From contig JASGHJ010000002.1 in NCBI GenBank assembly GCA_047602405.1, positions 2,944,001 to 3,008,000 of the forward strand: a stretch of 64,000 nucleotides of DNA, in the 5' to 3' direction. This stretch comes from Anaeromyxobacteraceae bacterium (GTDB taxonomy: Bacteria > Myxococcota > Myxococcia > Myxococcales > Anaeromyxobacteraceae). Shown piece after piece: positions 54,157-64,000 of this stretch (position 1 is the first letter of the stretch; the number at the start of each line of letters is the position of its first letter). The position numbers were made by a program, and so were the translations under genes. Below the pieces are notes generated by a model. It worked only from the letters and a program-made list of their open reading frames with translations. It searched no databases and was not told the origin of the DNA.

Positions 54157-54711
54157 CTACTTCCCGAGCATGGCCTGCTTGAGGCCCTCGTCCGCCGGCT
54201 CCTTGCCGAGCCAGTTGAGGAAGAGCGCGTCCGCGAACTCCTTGCCCTCGACGGTGACCGGCGCGCCGCCGGCGGCCGACACCGTGGTGCCCTGGCCGGG
54301 CACGTAGGTCACGGTCATCTCGCCGTTCTCCTTCATGTCGACGAGCCCCTTCTCGAGGACCTTCAGCTTCTCGATCAGGGCCGCGAGCCCGGGGCCGGCC
54401 GAGTTCTTCTCGAAGCCCTCCTTGTACGCGTCGACGATCTGCTTCTTCGTCACGTCGCGCAGGAAGACCATGCGCACCCGCTTCGGCGCGTCGGCGGCCA
54501 CGATGGCGGCGGCGTCGCCGCTCGGCGCCGCGAGGTACAGGCCGCCCGCGTAGACCTTGATGATGAACTTCTTGCGGATCCCGGCCCCGTTGAGCTTCAG
54601 GGCCTGGCCGGCCACGTCGACCGTGTCGGCGAACTCCACGTCGGCGACCTTCTTCGCGGACGCGGGCAGGGCGAGGGCGAGGGCGGCGAGGGCGACGGCG
54701 AGCTTCTTCAT
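54157..54711 (-). CDS. Chalcone-isomerase-like exported protein
   Basis: Signal peptide; LNGAGIRKK..KVY..LY; WLG.EPAD..LKQAMLG. Confidence 0.85.
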   Translation of the reverse strand: MKKLAVALAALALALPASAKKVADVEFADTVDVAGQALKLNGAGIRKKFIIKVYAGGLYLAAPSGDAAAIVAADAPKRVRMVFLRDVTKKQIVDAYKEGFEKNSAGPGLAALIEKLKVLEKGLVDMKENGEMTVTYVPGQGTTVSAAGGAPVTVEGKEFADALFLNWLGKEPADEGLKQAMLGK

Positions 54712-54820
54712 GGGACACCATCCGTGAAGGGGTGAGAGGCCCGGGGACTGTACCCCGCCCGCGTGCGGGCCGAGGATCCCCTGGCGGGTTGGACGTTCGT
54801 GGGGGCGTGCGGATTCAGCA

Positions 54821-54852
54821 GGCTCGTGGTTCGACAGGCTCACCACGAACGG
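54821..54852 (+). repeat. Short REP-like element related to the two longer copies
   Basis: GGCTCGTGGTTCGACAGGCTCACCACGAACGG: same TCGAC..GCTC..GAACGG frame without the inner hairpin. Confidence 0.6.
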
Positions 54853-54868
54853 GAGGATCCCGGACCCG

Positions 54869-55813
54869 TCAGGGCGGCGGCGCGGAAGGGGCAGGCGCCG
54901 TGCGGGTGCTCCCCAGGACGGTGCCCCAGGCCACGCCCGCCACGCCCACCACCGCGCCCACGAAGGCGAGCGGCGTGACCGCCTCGCCGAGGACGAGCGC
55001 GCCGAGCGTGACCTGGGCGATCGGGGTGAGCTGGAGCCAGGCGGCCGCCTCGGGGACCGACAGCGCGCCGTACGCCTCGGTCATGAGCACCTGCGCGACG
55101 TACGCCGCGACGCCCATGGCGACCGCGAGCGCCCACGCCCGCGGCGCGGTCGGCCAGGCGCCGAGCGCGAACGGCAGCGCCACCGGCAGGCCGCCGAGGC
55201 AGAAGTAGAAAAAGATGGTCGCGGCGTTGTCGGTGCCGCGCATCGCGCGGATGGTGACCGCCGAGATCGCCGCGAAGACGGCCGCCCCGAACGCGAACGC
55301 CTCCCCCGGCCCGACGTCGAGCCGGAGCGAGCCGCCGCCGAGCACGAGCGCCACGCCCGCCGTGGCGACGAGGAGCGCGAGGACGAGGTGCACGGTCGGC
55401 CGCTCGCCGAAGACCCGCACCGCCATCAGCACCGCGAAGACCGGGAACAGGTTGTAGAGCATCCCGGCCTCGCCGGCCGGGATGCGCTCGAGCGCGAGGA
55501 AGTAGAGCACCACCACGATGCCGCCGGAGATCCCGCGCTGCCAGAGGAGCCGGCGGTTGTGCGGGCGGTAGAGGCCGGGGCGGATCCGGAAGGACGCGAG
55601 CGAGATCGCCGCGCCCACGACGAAGCGCAGCACCGTGAGCTGGCCGGCGTCGAAGCGGCCCGCCGCCGGCACCGAGGGGCGCGACAGGAGCCGCGCGAGC
55701 ACCGCCATGACCGCGAACGCGACGGCGGAGCCGACCAGCATGAGCCGGGCCCGCCACCGCGCTGCGGGGTGCCCGCCCGCGCCGGCGGGGTGCCCGCCCG
55801 CGGCGGTGGTCAC
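54869..55813 (-). CDS. EamA/DMT transporter
   Basis: Multi-TM DMT pattern; RF.VG, GERP. Confidence 0.85.
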   Translation of the reverse strand: MTTAAGGHPAGAGGHPAARWRARLMLVGSAVAFAVMAVLARLLSRPSVPAAGRFDAGQLTVLRFVVGAAISLASFRIRPGLYRPHNRRLLWQRGISGGIVVVLYFLALERIPAGEAGMLYNLFPVFAVLMAVRVFGERPTVHLVLALLVATAGVALVLGGGSLRLDVGPGEAFAFGAAVFAAISAVTIRAMRGTDNAATIFFYFCLGGLPVALPFALGAWPTAPRAWALAVAMGVAAYVAQVLMTEAYGALSVPEAAAWLQLTPIAQVTLGALVLGEAVTPLAFVGAVVGVAGVAWGTVLGSTRTAPAPSAPPP

Positions 55814-56748
55814 GGCTCCTCCGCCGGGAGCCCCGCCGCGAGCGCCGCCCGGCGCGCGTCGGCGCGGGCGCGCGGCCGGAAGCCGAGCACGCTCCCCCAC
55901 ACGATGCCGGCGACGCCGAGCGTCACGCCGAGCACCGTGAACCCCGTGAGCCGCTCGCCGATGAGGAGGCCCCACGCGAAGCTCGCGATGGGCGTGAGCT
56001 GCTGCCACAGCGCCGCCTCCGGCACCGACAGCGCGCCGTACGCCTCGGTCATGCAGAGCTGCGCGCCGAACGCGACGATCCCGACCCCGCCCGCGGCGAG
56101 CCAGGCCGGGCCGGAGGCGGGCCAGGCGTGGAGGCCGTACGGGAGCGAGGTGACGAGCCCGCCCACCGCGAACGCGAAGAAGATGGTCGGCGCGTTGTCC
56201 GTGGCGCGCAGCGCGCGGATGGAGGTCACCGCGACGCCGCCGCAGATCGCCGAGAGCACCGCGATCCCCTGCCCCACCCCGAGCGAGAGGTGCAGCTCCG
56301 GGCCGCCCACGACGAGGAACACGCCCGCGGACGCGAGGAGGAGGCCGAAGGCGAGGTGCAGCGTCGGCCGCTCGTCGAGGACGAAGATCGAGGCGAGCGT
56401 CGCCCAGATCGGGAAGGTGTTGTTGATGAGGGTCGCCTCGCCCGCCGAGATCCGCTCGATGGCGAGGAAGTAGAGGAGGGCCGCGAAGCCGCCGAAGAGG
56501 CCGCGCGTGACGAGGAGCCCCTTCTTCACCGGCCGGAAGGTGCCGGGGCGCCCCACGAAGATCGCCGCGACGAGCCCGAGCCCCACCGTGAACCGGCAGA
56601 GCGTGACCTGGCCACCGTCCATCCCGCCGCGGGCGGCGAGCTTCGCGAGGATGGCGGACAGCCCGAACAGCACCCCCGCCCCGAAGAGGAGCAGCCGGGC
56701 GCGCGCCCGCCCGCCACGGTGCTCGGGATCCAGGGAGAAAAACGCCAT
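55810..56748 (-). CDS. EamA/DMT transporter (tandem paralogue)
   Basis: Shares TDNA.TIFF and MTEAYGALSVPEAA.W.QLTPIA with the downstream gene. Confidence 0.87.
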   Translation of the reverse strand: MAFFSLDPEHRGGRARARLLLFGAGVLFGLSAILAKLAARGGMDGGQVTLCRFTVGLGLVAAIFVGRPGTFRPVKKGLLVTRGLFGGFAALLYFLAIERISAGEATLINNTFPIWATLASIFVLDERPTLHLAFGLLLASAGVFLVVGGPELHLSLGVGQGIAVLSAICGGVAVTSIRALRATDNAPTIFFAFAVGGLVTSLPYGLHAWPASGPAWLAAGGVGIVAFGAQLCMTEAYGALSVPEAALWQQLTPIASFAWGLLIGERLTGFTVLGVTLGVAGIVWGSVLGFRPRARADARRAALAAGLPAEEP

Positions 56749-56798
56749 GAGATTCCGGGCGGGTCTACCAGAACTGCACCCGCCGAGGAAGGGCGCGC

Positions 56799-56814
56799 CT
56801 GTACATATGGCCAG
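56799..56814. promoter_or_regulatory. Putative LexA (SOS) box upstream of uvrA
   Basis: CTGTACATATGGCCAG = CTG-N10-CAG with AT-rich core, about 30 nt before the uvrA ATG. Confidence 0.6.
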
Positions 56815-56845
56815 CGTCGGACCCGGGCGTTAAGGTCCCCCCTCC

Positions 56846-59739
<2,894 letters not shown>

Positions 59740-59743
<4 letters not shown>

Positions 59744-60871
59744 AGAGGAGGCGCAGGCTCACCCTCGTGGTGTCGGTCCTCCTCGGCCTCGCCGTGGGCG
59801 TCGCCGGTGTGAAGGTGGGCCAGGCCTTCGGCGCGCGCCCCACGGCAGCCGCGGACGGGGCCGCGCGGGCGCACCCCCTCCTCCTCTCCGCCCTCGCCCT
59901 CCTCGGCACCTACCTCGCGCTCCTCCTCCACGAGGCCGGCCACGTCCTCGGCGGCCTCTCGCAGGGCTTCCGGTTCCTGTTCCTCGCCGCCGGCCCGCTC
60001 TGGCTCGAGCGCGGGCCCGGCGGCCGCGGCCTCGCGGTGCGGCTCAACCGCATCCCGGCCACCTGGGGCGGCGTCGCGGCCTGCGTGCCCCTCGACGACC
60101 GCGCCATCGTGCGGCGCATGGCGGTGCTCGCGGCCGGCGGCCCGGCGATGAGCCTCGCCCTCGCGGCCGGCGCCTGGGCCGCCGCCCGGGCGGTGGCGCC
60201 GGGCACCGGCCTCGCGGTCGTGCTCGGCGTGACCGCGCTCGCCTCCGGCCTCTTCTTCCTCGCGACCGCGCAGCCCTTCGGCGCCGGCGGCGGATTCATG
60301 AGCGACGGCGGGCGCCTGCGAGCGCTGCTCTCTGGCGGCCCCCGCGCCGCGCGCGAGGCGGCCCTGCTCTCCCTCACCGCCGCGAGCACCGCCGGCGTGC
60401 GGCCGCGCGCGTGGCCGGAGCAGGCCGTGCGCGATCTCGCCGCGCACGCCGACGGCGGCGCGATGGACCTGGGCGCCGCGATGCTCCGCTACTCCTGGCA
60501 CCTCGACCGGGGCGACGTCGCCGCGGCCGAGGCCGACCTCGCGGCAGCCCGCGCGAAGGCCGAGGTGAGCGCGCTCGCGCGCGACGCGCTCGCGACCGAG
60601 GCGGCGTGGTTCGAGGCCGCCGTGAAGGGCGACGCCGCGCGGGCCCGGGCCGCGCTCCCGGCGAGGGCCGGCGCGCTCGTGGAGGCCTGGCAGTGGCACA
60701 GGGCCCGGGCAGCGGTGCTGCTCGCGGAGGGCGACCGGGAGAGCGCGGGCGCGGCGCTCGCGCTCGCCACGGCCGCGCTCGAGAAGCCGCGGTTCCAGCG
60801 CCCGAGCGTGATGGACCGGGAGACGGTGGCCGCGCTCGGGGAGAAGCTGGGGCTGGCAGTTCGGCGCCTGA
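59740..60871 (+). CDS. M50-like membrane metalloprotease with helical C-terminal region; 3' end uncertain (reads to 61149 as given)
   Basis: LLHEAGH, AAGGP, SDG motifs; GTGA overlap with uvrA; a single-base deletion ~60860 would end it at TGA 60869-60871 and remove a 214-nt convergent overlap. Confidence 0.65.
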
Positions 60872-60935
60872 GCACGCCCCTGGAGGGCCATCTCCGGAGA
60901 CGGCCCTCAGGGGGCGTCCGACCGCGGGCTGGAGC

Positions 60936-61403
60936 TCAGGGTGGGGGCCTCGGCTCCGCGCCGAGCGCCCGGGCGAGCTCCCCGACGTCATCGATCACCC
61001 AGCGGCCGTCCTCCCTCACCATCTGGAAGAAGATGAGCTTCTTTTCGAAGTTGAAGAAGAAGGCCTGGACCACCGCGTGGTCGGCGGTCTGTGAGAGGAC
61101 CTTCACCTTCAGATCGGCCAGGATCTTGTGTTCGTTCCAGACGTCCTGAGCCTCGATGAAGGGGTCGACGTCGAGGACGAGGTCGCCCGCGGCCTGGTCA
61201 CGGTCCATCCTTTCGAGCGCCGCGATCATCCGCCGGCTGAAGAGCTTGCCCCGGTGCTTGCGGTTCAAGGGGTCGAGGGCCTTCGGGTTCGCGAGGGCCG
61301 CCCTCTCGATCCGGTACGCCTCCCGCACCGCCGCGGTCGGGTCGTCGGCCTTCCCCGCCCCGGCCGCAGCAACCAGCGCGGCCACCACGAGCGCGACGCT
61401 CAC
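60936..61403 (-). CDS. Exported DUF3828-like protein
   Basis: Signal peptide; LDVDPFIEAQD, MVREDGRWVIDDV. Confidence 0.65.
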   Translation of the reverse strand: MSVALVVAALVAAAGAGKADDPTAAVREAYRIERAALANPKALDPLNRKHRGKLFSRRMIAALERMDRDQAAGDLVLDVDPFIEAQDVWNEHKILADLKVKVLSQTADHAVVQAFFFNFEKKLIFFQMVREDGRWVIDDVGELARALGAEPRPPP

Positions 61404-62902
61404 GCGCCCTCCCCCTTCGCCGCCGCCGCCTCCCGCTCGAGCCGCGCCTTCTCGCGCGCCTCGCGGCGGATCCGCCTGCCGCGCGCGACGAGGCCGATCG
61501 CGAACCACAGGACGATGCCCGCGAGCGGCCAGGCGATGGCCTGCGGCACGAGCACCGCGAGCGCGACCACCCCGGAGAGCAGGGCGGCCGCGACGAAGAT
61601 GAGGCCGGTCTCCGCCGGCCCGAGCACGCGGCTGCCGCCGATGGCGGCGCCGACGGCGCGGCCGAGGCGCAGGGCGCCGGCGGCGGAGACGCCGGAGCCC
61701 TCGCGCGGGCGCCGCCCGGGCGGCCGGATCCGGCCCAGGCGCACGGGGCGCACCCGCCGCGCGCCGAGCACGACCTCGGTCGCGTTCTCGAGGTCGGCCT
61801 CGTAGCAGTCCTCCATGCACCGCGCGAAGCCCTCGTCGTCGACGGCGACGTCCATCTCCCAGTTCGCCATCCAGGAGGAGACGTTCAGGTTGGAGGAGCC
61901 CACCCGCGCCCAGCGGCCGTCGGCGACCGCGGTCTTCGCGTGCAGCATCGAGCCCTTCCACTCGAAGATCCGCACGCCCGCCTCGAGCAAGGGCCGGAAG
62001 CCCGCGACCGAGAGCCGCTTCACGACGACGAGGTCGCTCTCGCCGGGCACGAGCACCCGCACGTCGACGCCGTCCGCCGCGGCGGCGCGGAGCGCCTGCA
62101 CGTAGGCGGCGTTGCCGACGAAGTAGGCGTCGGTGATCCAGAGCGTGCGCCGCGCGAGCGCGGCGAGGAGCTGGTCGAGCCGGAACACCCCGGAGGTCGC
62201 GGGCTCGGTCGCGATCACCCGCAGGGCCACGTCGCCGCACGGCGCGAGCGCCTCGCGCGCGGGGAACGCACCCGGCGGGAGCGGCGGGCCGGCGTGCGAC
62301 CAGGCCGAGGCGAACGCGCGGGAGAGGTCGGCCACCGCCGGCCCGCGGAGCTCCACCCCGGAGTCGCGCCACGGCGCGACGCCCTGCGCGGGGTCGCCCT
62401 CCCACCGCGCCGCGATGCAGAGCCCCGCGACGAAGCCGATCCGCCCGTCGACGGTGATGGTCTTCCGGTGGTTGCGCCCGATCCAGCCGAGCGGGCTGTC
62501 GAGCCGGGGCGGGTTGAACGCGCGGACCTCGCCGCCCGCGTCGCGCAGCGGACGCCAGAAGGAGCGCGACGCCTCGCCGAGCCCCCCGAGCCAGTCCTGG
62601 AGCACGCGCACCGCCACGCCGGCGCGGGCGCGGGCCGCGAGCGCGTCGCGGAAGCGCTCGCCCAGCCGGTCCTCCGAGAAGATGTAGGCCTCGACCGAGA
62701 CGCTCTCCCGCGCGCCCTCGATGGCCGCGAGCCACGCCGGGAAGTTCTCGCCCGCGTCACGGAGCAGCCGGACCGCGTTGCCGCCGACGAGCGGCGCGCC
62801 CGCGGCGCGCGAGAACGCCTGGTCCGCGAGCGTGCGCAGCGAGCCGCCCGGCGCGCGGGCGATCGAGGCGACGGCGCCATGGGCGGGGGCCGGAGCGGGC
62901 AC
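61400..62902 (-). CDS. cls: Cardiolipin synthase / phospholipase D family (ClsB-like)
   Basis: Two HKD motifs (RNHRKTITVDG, LHAKTAVADG..GSSNL), WRDS. Confidence 0.9.
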   Translation of the reverse strand: MPAPAPAHGAVASIARAPGGSLRTLADQAFSRAAGAPLVGGNAVRLLRDAGENFPAWLAAIEGARESVSVEAYIFSEDRLGERFRDALAARARAGVAVRVLQDWLGGLGEASRSFWRPLRDAGGEVRAFNPPRLDSPLGWIGRNHRKTITVDGRIGFVAGLCIAARWEGDPAQGVAPWRDSGVELRGPAVADLSRAFASAWSHAGPPLPPGAFPAREALAPCGDVALRVIATEPATSGVFRLDQLLAALARRTLWITDAYFVGNAAYVQALRAAAADGVDVRVLVPGESDLVVVKRLSVAGFRPLLEAGVRIFEWKGSMLHAKTAVADGRWARVGSSNLNVSSWMANWEMDVAVDDEGFARCMEDCYEADLENATEVVLGARRVRPVRLGRIRPPGRRPREGSGVSAAGALRLGRAVGAAIGGSRVLGPAETGLIFVAAALLSGVVALAVLVPQAIAWPLAGIVLWFAIGLVARGRRIRREAREKARLEREAAAAKGEGA

Positions 62903-62936
62903 GGGATCCGATCGTGCCCTGCGCCGGCCGGGTTGG

Positions 62937-63662
62937 CTAGAGGTTGTCGCGGGTGGTGCAGTCGTGCTTCACGTCGAGGTTGCTCTTGACCTTGTCGGTG
63001 AACCAGTCGGAGCCCACGCGCTCACCGCCGGTCACGAGGTGGCCCTGGGCATCCCGCGGCCGGGCGAGGAGCTCGTCCCGGATCGCCTGCTCCGCCCCGC
63101 GGACCGGCAGCGTCGGGCCGACCACGTGGACGAGCGCGTGGCGCAGCTCGTCCCCCGCGTCGCCGACGAGGTGCGCGCGCGCCGCGACGGCGCCCTCGGT
63201 CCGGTAGTAGCCCTTCCGCCCGAGGCCGTCGCCGGTCCACGACTCCACCTCGACCGCGAGCGCGCCCGCGCCGGCGGGGGACGCCGCGAGCCACAGCCAC
63301 ACCTCCACCGGCGGCGCGCCGCGCGCGATCGCGGCCGCGACGCCCTGCTCGAGCGTGGGGGCGGCGACGCCCTCCACCACCGTCACCTCGAGGGACGGCT
63401 CGCGGCGCAGCTCCCGGGCGAACGCCTGCGCGAGGGCGCCGCCGTCCACGCCGGCGAGGCCCGCGGCCACCTGCGCGGGCAGCACGGCCACCGCGAGCGG
63501 GGCGCCGGGCGCGCGGCGCGGCGCGGTCGCGAGCCGGTTCGAGAGCTCCCGGAGCGCCGCGGCGTCGAGGACGCCGGAGGTCGCAGGCGCGCCGGCGACC
63601 CGGGAGGTCGAGGCGCAGCCCGCGAGGACGAGCGCGGCGGCGAGCGTGGCGCGGCGGAGCAT
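62937..63662 (-). CDS. Hypothetical lipoprotein
   Basis: MLRRATLAAALVLAGC lipobox; GGAGG RBS. Confidence 0.65.
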   Translation of the reverse strand: MLRRATLAAALVLAGCASTSRVAGAPATSGVLDAAALRELSNRLATAPRRAPGAPLAVAVLPAQVAAGLAGVDGGALAQAFARELRREPSLEVTVVEGVAAPTLEQGVAAAIARGAPPVEVWLWLAASPAGAGALAVEVESWTGDGLGRKGYYRTEGAVAARAHLVGDAGDELRHALVHVVGPTLPVRGAEQAIRDELLARPRDAQGHLVTGGERVGSDWFTDKVKSNLDVKHDCTTRDNL

Positions 63663-63847
63663 GGTGTTCCCTCCAGGTCACCGGAGTCTGCCCCTGGACC
63701 GGGCCTGCGGACAACCGGCCCGCAGCGACCCGGACTTCACCGGCAGCGGGCGGGTCCCGAGGCCGCGGCGCGGGGCCGCGGCCGCCCCCCGGATGGAGCC
63801 ACTTCCCGGGTTGCGCCGCGCCGCCCGGGACCCGACGATGGACGGAC

Positions 63848-64000
63848 ATGGCCACCCGAAGCTCGCTCGCCCGGAAGCTCCTCTGGACCCTCGCCGGCCT
63901 CGTCGGCCTCGTCGTCGTCCTCGTCGCCGCGGTCCTCCTCCTCCTCGACTCGGACGCGGTCGCGAAGCGCGCCGTCGACCTCGTCATGCCGAAGGTCTCG
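63848..64000 (+). CDS. N-terminus of a membrane-anchored protein (AsmA-like), truncated by window edge
   Basis: MATRSSLARKLLWTLAGLVGLVVVLVAAVLLLLDSD... Confidence 0.5.
   Translation, partial: MATRSSLARKLLWTLAGLVGLVVVLVAAVLLLLDSDAVAKRAVDLVMPKVS

Noticed and set aside
55760..55803. 21-nt duplication (AGGHPAG/AGGHPAA) at the EamA N-terminus
   Set aside because: Only two copies in a disordered leader; little evidence of function
60872..61149. Functional convergent overlap between the M50-like gene and the DUF3828-like gene
   Set aside because: The extension reads as antisense shadow; a probable extra base near 60860 explains the read-through (unconfirmed)

Overview
Very GC-rich chromosomal window whose gene content and style suggest Myxococcota (Anaeromyxobacter-like; inferred, not searched). 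It contains, in order: a hemerythrin, a GH78 rhamnosidase, and a complete cbb3-type oxidase operon (ccoN-O-[P-N-term]-Q-G-H-TauE-like-I-S) with an FNR-type box. Next come a molybdopterin oxidoreductase and a five-gene ether-lipid-type (elb) cluster centred on an ElbD-like FAR-A-ACP-AT megaenzyme and including a degenerate LarA-fold protein. An accessory block follows (AraC/AKR, a 1296-aa LamG-FN3-SGNH secreted protein, an arylsulfotransferase) beside tRNA-Cys. The rest is housekeeping and signalling genes: argJ, thyX-sppA, rho, HD-GYP regulator, Ser/Thr kinase, cutA, uvrA with an SOS-like box, cardiolipin synthase. Seven to eight single-base insertions break otherwise intact genes. Six fall exactly in two motifs (GATCG->GAATCG, GAAGAGC->GAAGAGGC), which points to systematic, possibly methylation-linked, sequencing errors rather than true pseudogenes. 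No CRISPR array, rRNA, integrase or transposase was seen. All product calls are from motif recognition, not database searches.
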